Source of the DNA: Callorhinchus milii
Taxonomy: Eukaryota
NCBI RefSeq assembly: GCF_018977255.1
Contig: NW_024704743.1
Location: 105,154,001-105,218,000 of the forward strand
Length of the DNA: 64,000 bases
Direction: 5' to 3'
Both the position numbers and the translations under genes were made by a program. Numbering within the stretch: position 1 is the stretch's first letter; each line of letters starts with the position of its first letter. The notes under the pieces were generated by a model, which saw only the letters and a program-made list of their open reading frames with translations, made no database searches and had not been told where the DNA came from. Below, one piece after another: positions 1 through 12,630 of the stretch.

Positions 1-539
1 TGGTCGACCCTCATCTTTCTCACTTTTCTCTCAGCTCGGTGATCCAATCTACCTTTGTAAAGTGCTTTGAGATATTATCCTATGTGAAAACTATCATGTA
101 ACTGCAAGTTATTATAGAAATTTTAAATATAAAGCACTGTATTCATTCACAGTCCTCCACAGCTATGCAATTTCCATTGCCTTTGATGTGACACACCTGA
201 AGCAGAACTTCAGCTACAGAGTCTACACATAACTGAACAATTTTAGAAGCAAGGAAAATCTACAAAGGATTGCATGCTTCAAAACTCTCAAAAGCAACCT
301 GAGATGAAGGCTGAAGGCTTGCTTTCATAATTTGCAGTCAGCATAAAAAAGCAAGAATTACTTTAGCATTGATTGATTATGCTCTATGTATACTCTTAAA
401 AATGATTTGAAACTTCCAGTATTAAACTGATTCACAGTGATTTATATTTCCTGCTTTACAATCACATTTGTCTGTGGAGAGCTCTGCTGACCAGCAAGAT
501 ATAACACTTGAATCAGCTTTGTTGTTCCATCTAGTGTCT

Positions 540-1150
540 GGGTTATTCCTTATGTTACTGCAAACAGCACTGTACCCCACTCTCCAGAGGTGGCCTAACC
601 ACAGACTCTGTACAGCTTGAGCATGACTTCTGTAGATCTAACTGCAACTTATTTGGCAATATAACCTAAGCTGCTGCTTTGTTTATTGTTGCCTTACAGT
701 GTTTGGACATGGTTTGTGGGGAGCCAACTATCACACTTGGTCTCTTTTAACTCTCCTCTTGTTACTTCTATCCCACCCAAGGAGTAAGTTTGCCTCTTTT
801 TTTAGTTCCTATGTGCAACACCTTACGTTAATCTGTATTGAACATCATGTGGAACCAAATAGCCCACATGATTAACCTCTCAAACTCTGTTTGTAAGATC
901 TTAACTGTCTCCAAAGACCTCTAACATGATGTCCTGTGCACATTTAATTAGCTTGCACTGAATCCGAACATCTAGATCCCTTATGAATATTGGAACAGCA
1001 TGCACCCTGACATACACATTATCTTGTCTCTCAGCTGCAATGATCATTATGCTCTGCTCGCTTCCCTTCCAACAATCCCTGTTTAATTCATGTACTGGTT
1101 GGGCCAAGTGTCCTGTTTCCGTCCTGTACAACCACTGACAGTCTAAGGGT
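540..1150 (-). mobile_element. Old, degenerate CR1-like LINE ORF2 remnant
   Basis: Weak similarity to the reverse complement of the CR1 '[12 protein letters not shown]' region (ctccagaggtggcctaaccacagactctgtacagc); no intact ORF. Confidence 0.5.
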
Positions 1151-1229
1151 CTAAGCTGATTTCCATGGTTGATGAGCATGCTAGCCCTTGGATCACCACA
1201 TTTATAATATTTCTTTAATTTAATTTCTG

Positions 1230-1510
1230 ATTTATAACATGAGAAAGTTTTCTGTATTTGTGTAGTCAAACATAGCAGCCAATTTGCACAAAACAATGTC
1301 CCAGAAATAACCATGAAGTGAACAACCAATTTCATCTGGAGGATTTTTTCCACAGGATATTTAGAGAAACTCTCTTTTCTAACAGGGTTATGGGATCTTT
1401 AATCTCTCACTGAAAAGGCAGAGGGACCTAACATCTGAAGAATAGCAATGCCAACAGTACAGTGTATCATCAGCAGTGCATCAGAGTGTTCGCCTACTGT
1501 GTGAACTTAA
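1230..1510 (-). mobile_element. Old Deu-domain SINE remnant
   Basis: cagccaatttgcacaaaacaatgtccca is the reverse complement of the SINE core seen in many copies in this window. Confidence 0.65.
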
Positions 1511-2039
1511 AGTCATACTTTTCCTGTGTTGGTGAGAGAAGGAACTATTATTTGAGCTCTGAGGAATAACATAGAAAAAACCTGGGTAAAATAGTAAATA
1601 AAGCTAAAGAGTTGAGGAAAGTGTAAGTACTAATCTGTAGCTATAGTGAAGTGTAGTTTCAATTAAAAAATAATAAACTAGCAAATAAAGTTTGTACTGA
1701 ACTAGAGTGCGGGAAGGTAGCAATCAAAAAAAAAACTTAAATCAGGTAAATTTCATAAATAATGAACTTAGCACATTGCTGTGGGAGAACTGTGTACAAG
1801 GCTTCCAGATATATAGTTACTTGGAAACTATTTAAGGAAATTATTATATAGGAAGGCTAAATCTTTCCAGATTTTAGTTTAATACCTCCAGCTTCTTTGT
1901 AACAGTGTGGGATAAAGCACAAGTACTTTATGAATGGGATTGGACTTGCCAGGGGGAAGCTGAAAGAGATCCAGAGGTGTTAGTTGCCTCATTGCTCACT
2001 ATATAAAAACTTGCATATATACGCGCCCCTCACACAGGG

Positions 2040-2400
2040 TAGCTTCCCAGAATGCTAAAACAATGTGAGGCAGCAATTAAGCAAGGCAAACAGAATGCCA
2101 GGCTATATTGCTAAATCATTTGCGTTAGATCCCTAGGCTTCATTCACAGGCTGTACCATGCTCTGGTCAGCCTGCACCTTGAATACTGGATACAGTTCTA
2201 GTCAGTGCAACATAAGAGGGCTGTCAACACTAGAGGCAGTATAGAAGAGAGCAATGAGGAAGATCCCTAGTGTTAGAGGAATGAACTATCATGAGCAATG
2301 ATTAGACAAGCTGGGGCTCTTCAGTCTTGAGAGAGAAGATAACCCAGAGGGGACGTCATATAAAAATTTTAAATGGGACTGAAAAAGTAAACCCAGTGAA
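2040..2400 (+). mobile_element. Old CR1 ORF2 3' remnant
   Basis: aaggcaaacagaatgc...ctctggtcagcctgcaccttgaatactgg...cttcagtcttgag resembles the CR1 KANRML / LVRPHLEY / LFSLE segments. Confidence 0.65.
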
Positions 2401-2605
2401 GGCTTAAGTGCCCCCATACCAAGAAATGCAAGTAAGACTGAAGTAGTAAAATAGCTCTAAAACATTCTGGCAAAACAAAAANGCCAAACAACTGTAAAAG
2501 TTAAAACAAACTTGTTGAATATTCGCAGTTAGAGGAAAGCTTTCCAAACGTGATAAGTTAATGAGACTTTTGGGAACTTTGCCTCCCTCAGTAGCTCAGT
2601 GTTCA

Positions 2606-2678
2606 CAACAACAACAACAAAATTACATTTGTATAGCGCCTTGCACGTCGGAAGGATGTCCCAAGGCACTGAACAGAC
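2606..2678 (-). mobile_element. L2 subfamily A 3' tail fragment
   Basis: (CAA)n followed by aattacatttgtatagcgcc...acgtcggaaggatgtcccaagg. Confidence 0.8.
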
Positions 2679-3454
2679 AGAGTTATGATAACATATGATG
2701 AAAATGGGTCACAATAGCAAATGGAAGATTTTCTCTCACTCGCTATAACTTCTGGTTATCTTTAGAGTATTACTCTCCAATAATCTTTGAGACCATATAG
2801 TCAATGCTCAGCAAGATATCACTGTCTGACGTACAGATAGACGTAACAGATTGCCCATTTGTGTTTGGGCGGTGGGGGTGGTGGGGGTATTGCTTTACAA
2901 ACGTTCCAGGACTTTCAAAGTCCTTAATATCAACGCAATGCTAAACGAACACAGCATCTTTGTGCTTCCATGCTCCGCAGTAAATCATGTGGCATCTGTG
3001 CTGCAGGGAGACATGAGAAGCCTGAAAAGAGCTAAGCAGCGTTACCTGAAGATGATGTTCAGTGCAGATTCTGAACGATTTGCAAGTCATTGCGAGGGCG
3101 AGAAATTTGTGACTAATTAAAACAGCATCTGCACATTTCCGGGAGAAGTAGTAAAATTGGAAAACCTGCGACTGACAACACTTATGAAAGCCTTATGGGT
3201 CCACAGAACTCCAGATCTCTATTGCTTCACAGTAGCCAAGAAGAAGTAGGGAGGTTCATTGTTCCTACTCAACTCTTGCTACTCAAGCATCAGAGAGGAA
3301 GGGAATGAATGATGAATTTTCATTGGTTTTGCATTCTACAAAAGCTTTTGAGACATGAAATCTCTGCGATGCTCAACCACTGATTCAAAGAACTTTAAGT
3401 ACTGGGAGGTAGATAATTCCATTGTGCATTGCCACTGCAATGGCTGCCATGTGA

Positions 3455-3712
3455 AACAACAACAACAAAAAGATTCCATTTATTGAGCGCATTTCACGTC
3501 GGGAGGACGTCCCAAGGCGCTGTACAGTTGGGTCAGGACCGAGCAAGGGGGAAATGGTCGGGGTGAGGGGAGGGAAGGGAGGGAGCGAGGAGGGGGTAGA
3601 GAGTTGAGAGGGGAGCTGAAGGCACAGTCAAAGAGAAAGGTCTTGAGACCAGCCTTGAAGGAGGAAAGGGAGGAGGCAAGGCGAAGGCACTGGGGGATAG
3701 AGTTCCAGAGCT
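3455..3712 (-). mobile_element. L2 subfamily A 3' end
   Basis: (CAA)n tail, perfect ACGTC-CTCCC-GACGT stem-loop at 3496-3510, ORF2 C-terminal sequence. Confidence 0.85.
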
Positions 3713-5639
3713 AAACAGTTCATAACTGCAGATCCAATTATCTTGAGAAGTCTCTCACTTTCCACATGTTGTAAAAATGCAATATTACAAAGTTCCTGAT
3801 ATTGTATTATCCTCTTGTGGATCCCCAGAAGATGCATAGACAATTAGATTGGATAGTATAGTGATTTCAGGGAGGCCAAACGATCAGTGAAGGGATACAT
3901 TTATTGCCACCTTTTTTCAGAGCTATGACTGTGTCAGAAACAGGACAATCGTAAGCTCAAATCCTCTCACAGGGAGGTTCATGGCTCCAACTCAACTTTT
4001 GCCACTCAAGTATCAGGCATGAAGGGGCTGGGATAATAAGTCACATGATAGACTTATCTTTCCTGTTGAGTATTTTGTATTTAGTGGAGGCTTTATTTCC
4101 AATTCTGGAAAGAGAGGGAAATAACGTGGGTGAATCTGGGTCGAAATTACGAATATAAGAAGAAAGGAAGCAGCATGAAATTGAGGGCTGAAAGGTTGTA
4201 TGAGATGGAAAACAGTGCCGTAATGGTATAGTAGATATACCTGTATCTTATGGAGCAGGACCTTATTAGAATCTTAGTTCATGTTGAGTTTGCTGGTTTT
4301 GGTGGTGGTACCCTCTACACTCGCTGCTAATCTTGACACATGAACAATAGTCACTTAGGTGGGGTATTGGAGGGCAACCGATGCCAATGGAACTGTTCCC
4401 CAGGAAGAGGAGGTCAGACCTGGAGCAGAGATATGCAGGAGCCTATGTAATGGGGAGAAGATTAGAAACATAAATGAACACACTAAAATTAAATTAAAAA
4501 ATGGAAATGAGTTGTTGAGTAAAATTAGTTTGTACTATAATTGTACACTGTGCCATGGATTGTATTACAGCCAGGACTTTCTACCACTTATATTCCCTCC
4601 TATGATGATTATTAGGTGTACAAGCAGTTCACCTATATGATTAAAGTCAATTGTTTCATTATGGACATTGTTAGCGTCATATGGTGGTGGCTTTCCCATT
4701 ACAGCATCAAGCTGGTTCTTAAATGATTGCAATATATTACCCTTGACTACTCTGTCTAGTAACATGTTCCAGTCATACTCGTTAAATATACATAAGAAAT
4801 GCACTTTACATGTGCTTTCTGTTGCTCAATTTTACATAGATCGACAGAGTGAAGCTGAAGTTCATCAATATCCTGGAATTTGAGCTTGGTTGTGATTATA
4901 CAGTACATAGGTTGTTTTTCTCTTTTTGGGGGGATATATGCCTGACTTCTTTAGTGTTTCTGAGTTCTCTAATTGTTTGAAAATATTTTTATGGCAAATG
5001 ACAGCTTGTGCTTATTTGCAGTGTCAATCACGCTTCTTATACATTACAGATGGCTGAACCTTCGAATATAACAACATAATCAAATCCTTCCAGCTGCCCA
5101 CACCACATTTCAATTCACAGGGAGGATAACAAGTTTCCAGCTATTCTATTATGTTCATCCCACACATCTTCCCTCACAGTTGCTTAGTGAAAAAAACTTA
5201 GAATGATCTGTCACTTTGACTAATCTGCCTTGTTTGTCTCACAGCTAAGAAACATCCACTTCTGATTAGAACAGGGAAACCCTGGTTATTTGATACCAGA
5301 GGTCCCCAACGACTAGTTCAATCAAAGCTTGGGTAATTCCTGCTTTTATATCAATTTCAAGTGACGCAAACAAGCTAACCCATCATGCCAGCTTTCCTGC
5401 TAGATTGTTTTATTTTCGAGCTTTGTAACATGAGCTGCTTTGCAGATTTGTTTTTGCTTCTAACATCGTACAAAGTTTTCTATTAAAGTTAAACTTGTAC
5501 TAAATTTCTGCTTCAACTTTTACAAAACATTTCAACCCTAAAGTAGCCATGTCAGTGACTAGAGGCCATAAATTTAAGATAATAACAATTCTTACATTTG
5601 ATATAGCGCCTTTTTAAAATTGTGACAATACCGCACAAG

Positions 5640-7200
5640 CAACAACAACAACAACAAAATTACATTTATAGAGAGCCTTTCATGTCGAGAGGATGTCCCA
5701 AGGCGCTGGACAGTCAGGGGTCAGGATCTGAGCATGGGGGAGGGGTGGGGGAAGGCAGAAAAGTGGGATGGCGATTGAAGGCACGATCGAAGAGGAGGGT
5801 CTTGAGACCGGCCTTGAAGGAGGCAAGGGAGGAAGTGAGGTGAAGGGATTGTGGAATGGAGCTCCAGAGTGTGGGGGCAGAGAGGCTGAAAGCCCGGCCG
5901 CCGATGATAGAGTGGTTCAGGCGGGAGACATGGAGCAGGGCGGAGTCTGCTGAACGGAGGGAGCGGGCAGGTTGGTATGGAGTCAGGAGGTCAGAGAGGT
6001 AGGAGGGGCAAGGCCACGGATGGCCTTGAACGTGAGGACGAGGATCTTGAATTCGATCCTCTGGGGGATGGGGAGCCAGTGGAGTTCAGGCGAGGGTGGA
6101 AGTGATGGGGTCATGGAGCCTGGTGCACGAGTGTACATGACCTGCAGAGTTTTGGATGATCTGCAGCTTGTGAAGGGAAGAGTTGGGAAGGCCAATGAGG
6201 AGGGAGTTTCCATAATCGAGTCTTAATGTGACGAATGCGTGTGTGAGGGCTTCGGCAGCCTGAGGGGTGAGGCAGTGGCGGTGTCTGGCAATGTTGCAGA
6301 GGTGGTGATAGGCAGTGCTGGTCATGGCGTGGATGTGGGGGAGAAAGGACAGTTCAGGGTCAAACAAGACACCCAGGTTCCTGACTGGCTTAGTGAGGTT
6401 GAGTGTGAAGCCGTGGAGGCTGATGCTGCCAGCGGCCGAGGTGCAGAGGTGCTGGCGCGAGCCAATCAAGAGTGCTCAGTCTTGCTGATGTTCAGTTGGA
6501 GAAAGTTGTCCCTCATCCAGGACTTGATGTCAGATAAGCAGTCAGTCAGGACTCCAGTAGTCCTGGAGTTGAGAGTGGAGGCAAAGAGATAGAGTTGGGT
6601 ATCATCTGCATACATGTGGAATGTCTGCGGATGATGTCACCAAGGGGGAGCATGTAGAGGGTGAAGAGGAGGGGTCCCAGGACAGAGCCCTGAGGAACAC
6701 CGCACAAGACGGTGCGGGGGCTGGAGGAGAAGCCGTTTGCAGAGACGAAGTGGAGGTGGTGTGAAAATTGGGACCTGAACCAGTCAAGGACAGAACCTTG
6801 AAGGTTAAGGTGGGAGGAAAGGCGGTGGAGGAGGATTGAGAAGTCCACAGTATCAAAGGCGGCGGAGAGGTCGAGGAGGACGAGGAGGCAGAGGGAGCTC
6901 TGGTCACACATGGTCAGGATGTCATTTGTGACCTTGACCAGAGCAGTTTCCGACTCCCGATTGGAGGGGCTCATGGAGGGAGTGGGAGGAGAGAAAAGAG
7001 AAAAGCTGGGAGGCGACGGCTCTCTCAAGGACCTTAGACAGAAATGGGAGGTGGGAGATGGGCCGGTAGCTGGATAGCTATGATGGGTCAAGAGAAGGTT
7101 TCTTCAAGTTGGGCGTGTTGGTAGCTGTTTTAAGGGGGTAGGAACAGTGCCAGATGATAGGGGAGAGGTTGATGATGTTGGCAAGTCATGGGGCAAGAAG
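5640..7200 (-). mobile_element. L2 subfamily A LINE, 5'-truncated, frameshifted RT
   Basis: Translated motifs [47 protein letters not shown]; (TTG)n tail. Confidence 0.95.
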
Positions 7201-7549
7201 GTGGAGCTGGGATTTAAAGAGAGGGGTGGGGATTTGGAAGAATATTGTAAGCCAATGCCTACAGGCTCAGTTTGGAATGTCAGCACTTGAAACTTTTCTA
7301 AATATATCAGAATAGATTAATTTGACTCCTATTGATAGGAAATTGCAAAAGTGCCTGAGGGCTACATCATAAATACTATATATTGCTTTGAACTTTTATA
7401 ATCCTATCCCAAAAAATCAGGCAACATTCACTTTGTGTGTTGTGGACTCATATAGGTCACATGGCAATTGTTGCTAACTGTTTTGCAGAACCTGCAGAGA
7501 AGGTTTATCTGATTCACTTGCGTGTGTTTTAGGCACAATGCTTACTTAC

Positions 7550-7610
7550 CAGTGGTAAAACATATTGTTAAAAAAGAGAGCCAATGTGACTTGAGGACAA
7601 GAAGAGTCAT
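7550..7610 (-). CDS. Candidate first coding exon encoding a signal-peptide-like leader, MTLLVLKSHWLSFLTICFTT + 1 nt; gene unidentified
   Basis: ATG at 7610, 20 mostly hydrophobic codons + 1 nt (phase 1), consensus donor CTG|GTAAGT at 7549, candidate acceptors giving exon start 7691 or 7702, non-repeat context. Confidence 0.55.
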
Positions 7611-8069
7611 ACTTGCATTTTCTGAATAAGCGCAAGGCGAAATATTCCACAGATCCGGAGAACGTTTAAGACACGGAAAGTGGGATGGAAACTGTGAAGT
7701 GACTTCAAAAGCAAAAAATTAATGATTGATATGATACTAGATTTGAAAGTTCACTGTACTGTGTTTAGAATCCTCAATCTGTGCAATGTGAAATTAGTAA
7801 TTGGTGACTAATTGGCTTTGGTTGAAACATTCCTTTATGGGGTCAGATTAAAGTACCATTAAATGAAATCTGTAGGTCTTGGCAGGAGCCATTGTCTCAG
7901 TCTGCAATCTGTCTGAATGAATAGCAGGAAATAATGTGCTGCTGCATTTCATCACTAGCTGAACGTACCTCCATAATGACCAAATAATTTTTCTGCTCAT
8001 TTATGTCACTGTCAGCAGCAGAATGTTACAGAACAGATCGACTTCAAGAACCTCAAACTTGTCTACAAA

Positions 8070-8395
8070 TTCCTTCACACCCTGATACCTCCCTACCTCT
8101 CCAACCTACTTACTCCTCACTCACCACCTCCACTTGGCTGGCTCTGGCCTCATGCTTGTCCCTCATTCCCTCAACCTTCGGCAGCTGTGCTTTCAATGAA
8201 ACTTTGGAACTCTCTCCCTCAATTCCTCCGCCTTCCCCCTCCTTTCCCTTTTTTAGATCACGCTTTAAAAAGTTCCTCTTCGATCTTGCTTATGGTCACC
8301 TCCTTTCCCCGGCTCGGCAGCAGGCTCCTCTACTGCTAAGCACTCCAATTCGGTGCCCTGTGTGAAGGGTCCCATATAAATACAAGTTGTTGTTC
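8070..8395 (+). mobile_element. Old L2 3' end
   Basis: Pyrimidine-rich L2 C-terminal sequence ending tataaatacaagttgttgtt. Confidence 0.65.
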
Positions 8396-8554
8396 TACAA
8401 AATATAGTCACTACCTTTTAACTGTGAAGCGCTTTGAAACAACCTTCTGATGTGAAAGGCACTATATAAAATGCAAGGATTATTGTTATTATTGCAATAC
8501 TGTTGGTAAAAGTCATATTTGATTAAACAAATGAATAAATAAAGCAAGTTACAT

Positions 8555-8826
8555 GGAGTCCTGTAACTCACCTCGCAAGCAACAGACCTGGGTTCAATCC
8601 CCAGCAGGGTGAAATATTGGGCAAATTTCCTTACTCCACACGCCTCTGTTTACCTAGCAGTAAGTAGAAACCCGGTTGTTAGTTGATTTGGGGGTTGCTT
8701 TTCCAGGAGTAATAATATCTTCAAAAAAAAATTGGTCACTTCAATCCATGACTGTTTATAGGACACTAGTGTACGCAATTGGCTGCCGTGTTTCGCCCAC
8801 AAAAATATACAGTCATTATTATTATT
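8555..8826 (+). mobile_element. tRNA-Ala-derived SINE with internal deletions
   Basis: ggagtcctgta...gggttcaatccc head, aattggtcacttcaatccatgactg core. Confidence 0.85.
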
Positions 8827-10481
8827 TCCACTTAACATTTCAGTGGATTTATGAGGCATGACCCCCATACTGTATTAAAGGGTAAGGTCAAACATAATAC
8901 AGGACTTGAGGAATGAAAGATTTAGAGCTTTTCAGATGAACATTGATAGTGTGCTGCATAATGTTCTTAAGCATTTTGCCCACTTCAAATGTAAGGCTAG
9001 CTGTACTGTAATTTTGGGGCTTAAATCTAATTTTTTTCAAATTGTTTGCTTTATCATGCAATTACCTTGCTCTGTTTCTCATCTTCTTCATGGTAGCTAC
9101 ATTTATTCCATCTCTCTTGAATAAACCTCTTTTCCTCTAATCATTTACTTTACAGTTTTAGCTGTGGCTCAACTTTCTCTGGAGCTCGTCTCAAAGCTCT
9201 AAATTTTTATCACTGTTTATAATTACCACTAATTAAGGTCGACGATGGCAGTTAAGAACATGACCCATAAAGAGCCCAGTTCAGTTCACACCTGCTGTAT
9301 TTACATAGCAAGGGCATGAATTGCACTCCTCCTGAACTATCTTCCCACTTCTCTCCTGTGAACCCTATAAGCGAAAGCCCCAATAGATAGGATGGTCTCA
9401 CTCTGAATCCACTCTCCTGATTATTTTATACATAAAAACTTTTTTTGAAAAAGGTTTGGAAAGAGAGAACATGTTTAGGAATATAGCAATGGATTGCATT
9501 GCGCATAAAGGTTGAAATTAAGAGGCACGTGAGAGCACTAAGCAGATCAATTTCCACTTCTGCTTTCAATCCTTGAACTAGATCTAATATCAGTGCAATC
9601 CTGAGACACATTTCCTTTTGTGAGGCTGAGGGTAATTCACCAGCAGTGGAAAGAATGCTGTCACCTTCTATGGTTCCAAGCACTATTCCTGTAAACAAGT
9701 TTCTTTCTTATACAGACAAATAGCAATGGACTAAATTATATCTCTAGGGAATAGTACAAACTCACTCGATCGTCACACTATAACTTAAGACCATTGATTT
9801 AACTGTATGTAGTGCATGCTTTCACCTTTCTCCAAGACAAACAGAAAAGATATGCAATCGGCTGGCCATTATGTATTTGACGTTGAGAGCCACCGCACTC
9901 TTGGCCAAACATGAATCAAATACTGAAATGGAAATGGAATGAAAGGAAGCAAACTAGCCTACAAAGAGACAAGATTATCCAAAGGTGCAAGGGAAAGAAG
10001 TGATGGTGAAAAAAGTGGTGTGATTGAAGCACAATCTGCCAAACCAGTGCACATCCTTATTCAGTAATGCAGCAACCTTCCAGTGAGGGAGTTGTTTAAC
10101 CATACATCCAGAGATATAATAATCTTTGCACAGGGGATGATCGCCATTAAATTATGAGTGCCCCCAAATAATGCATACATAATGGCGACTGCTGGGGAAG
10201 GCAAGAGCTCCCTAACAAGGTGTACAAAATGCACACACATACGTTCGTTGTGTACACAGGGACGTCTAAACTGGAACTGAAGAAAGTCCTGTCAATATGC
10301 GCACATTATATGTGTTGGATATCTGTATATATCCCTCATAAAGGGAGGAGCTGCAAAGAGGGACTTTTTTTGGTCAGCCGGGTGACTGACACACACGGAA
10401 ACCCATCACCATGCTTAAGATCATACTGTACCACCTATGGGCAGAGAAGATGAGTATCAGGCTAGATTAATGATAATTGTA

Positions 10482-10762
10482 GGAGGCCTGTAGCTCAGTG
10501 GTTAGAGCATTCGCCTTGCAAGCGAGAGAACTGGGTTCGATTCCCAGCAGGGCGAAACCTTGGGCAAGTTTTCTTACTCTACTTGCCTGATAATAATATA
10601 TAATAATCCTTTAAAAAAATTGGTCACTTCAATCCACGACTGTTTGTGGGATACTGCTGTGCACAGTCAATTCATTTTATAGTATATTCTGTGAAGGGTT
10701 TTGAGAAGTCTAGAAGACATGAAAAAGCGCTATATCAAATGCAAGGAATATCACTATTATAA
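10482..10762 (+). mobile_element. tRNA-Ala(TGC)-derived SINE with intact Pol III A and B boxes
   Basis: A box TAGCTCAGTGG, anticodon arm TTCGC-CTTGCAA-GCGAG, T arm CTGGG-TTCGATT-CCCAG, L2-like tail. Confidence 0.92.
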
Positions 10763-10929
10763 TTGTAAAATATGCATAAAACAAGATTTGTAAGTATTAC
10801 TTCATTTTGTAGCTATTTGATTTTAAACCTGCGCCTGCAAGTAGACGACCACTACACTTGATAGCAATTAGCTTTGAAGCATTTTGAGGTGTCTTAACGT
10901 AATAGACACTTTATCAAATGCTACCATTA

Positions 10930-11510
10930 TAACAACATTATAATGATGTTCTCCAGGTCTGCTCACATCATCTAAGTTAAAGATCTATCTTAAATCTGCC
11001 CCATTTATGCCGCTCATAATCTTGAGTTCTGAGGCCAAGAATCATCCATTTTTCCCTTCTGAAATGTTTCCGTGCCTTTTTGAAGATAGGATGCCCAAAA
11101 TCACATACAACAGTATTTCAATTATGCTTTGTCAGTTATCTTGCCATGGACAGATTAACTTCCTGTGATTAAGTGCCTTCGGGTTATAACCTAATTAGCT
11201 TAGTTGAAAGTAGCTTCATACTGGAGTTCCTGTGATTTATGTTCTATTCCTTTACCTTTTAGTGGCATCCTTCAGATGAGACCTTTATTGCTTTCTTTAG
11301 TGATTCCCCATATTGGTTTTGACTGATATCCTGAGTACCCTCCCAACCCACCCCCACACACAACAACAACAGTGGTGGAGGGTACAGCAAGTAAACAGCC
11401 CATTCAGCCCAACCAGTCTGTGTCAGGGTTTATACTACTCATGAGCCTCCAAACCTCCTAAACCCCCTCCCTTATACTTCTATTCCCTTTTGCCTTCTTT
11501 TCTCCCATAT
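10930..11510 (-). mobile_element. Old CR1 remnants including a 3' tail
   Basis: gcccaaaatcacatacaacagtatt and cagcccattcagcccaacc resemble CR1 ORF2 and 3' UTR reverse complements. Confidence 0.45.
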
Positions 11511-11659
11511 CATATCAAATTTGAGGGCGGGGGAATATGTTCATATCCAGAACTGCTATTAATAAAAGGATGTTTTGAACAACAACTTTTAGTGATGCGA
11601 TAATTGTCACCAGTGATCATTAGCACATTACATATTGCACCTTTCGTGCTGTAGGGGAA

Positions 11660-11860
11660 GACCTAATTCTCATGGCATTTTTCGAAAAGAGTTTCACCAG
11701 TTGTCCTGGCTGACATTCCTTCAAATAAAATTGATCAGTCACTTCATGGATGCTTGTGGGACATTCCAGTGTGCAATTTGGCTGCCGTGTTCACCTACAA
11801 AGTCACTACACTTCAAGATAAATGTGATGAATTCACCACATGATGCATTGAATTACTTAT
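11660..11860 (+). mobile_element. Old Deu-domain SINE fragment
   Basis: catggcatttttcgaaaagag...ttgtgggacattccagtgtgcaatttggctgccgtgtt. Confidence 0.7.
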
Positions 11861-12021
11861 GTACAGTATAGATTATTGAAGAAATTGGATTTTATGCGAT
11901 TTATACAAGTTTCCCTGAAACTTGGACTTTGTGTAAGTCATATTAAATGTTATGGTCCCAATTGATATGACTTATGTGAGTTTTACTGTTATAATAACAT
12001 TCTTTGGATTTGATATTGCAT

Positions 12022-12563
12022 TGCTGTCCTGACAGACTGCCTGTTGGACATCAAGTCCCTGGATCAGGACAAATTTCCTACAGTTGAATGTGAACAAGAC
12101 TGAGGCCCTCCTGATTGGCTCGCGCCAGCGCCTCTGCACCTCAGTCTCTGGCAGCATTAACCTCCATGGTTGCACTCTACAACTCACCAAGTCAGTCAGG
12201 AACCCAGGTGTCTTGTTCGACCCTCAACTGTCTTTTCTTCCCCACATCCAACCCATGACCCGCTCTGCCTTCCCTCACCTCCGTAACATCGCCCGACTCT
12301 GCCACTACCTCACCCCTCAAGCCGCTGAAACTCTTGTTCATGCCTTCATCACCTCCAGGCTCGACTATGCAAATGCCCTGCTTGTCAGCCTTCCCAACTC
12401 CTCCCTCCACAGGCTGCAGATAATCCAGAACTCTGCAGCCCATGTCCTCTCCCACACCAAATTCGGTGACCCCATCTCCCACACTCTCGCCTGAATCCAA
12501 AGGCTCCCTATCCTTCAGAGGATCCAGTTCAAGATCCTGGTCTTCACATACAAAGTTCTCCAT
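12022..12563 (+). mobile_element. L2 subfamily A ORF2 fragment
   Basis: ORF 12084-12494: [31 protein letters not shown]. Confidence 0.92.
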
Positions 12564-12630
12564 GTTAGGCTGACTGGTCTGTAGTTCCCGGGTTTATCCT
12601 TCTGCCCCTTTTTGTACAGGGCAGTAGCAT
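12564..12630 (-). mobile_element. Short CR1 RT fragment (KGQKDKPGNYRPVSL)
   Basis: Near-identical to 15524-15590. Confidence 0.85.

Noticed and set aside
2482..2482. Single N base
   Set aside because: Ambiguous base call in an A-run with no biological meaning
3046..3112. Minus-strand exon candidate (HKFLALAMTCKSFRICTEHHLQ) as the exon after the leader
   Set aside because: Its only open frame starts in phase 2, incompatible with the phase-1 donor at 7549; acceptor is weak
5622..6592. Gly/Glu/Arg-rich plus-strand ORFs and similar ones at 26341, 36041, 37371 and 55796
   Set aside because: Antisense frames of C-rich L2 copies
10482..10556. tRNA-Ala(TGC) gene (also 39024, 57372 and minus-strand copies)
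   Set aside because: Each continues directly into the SINE body and tail; these are SINE heads, not standalone tRNA genes
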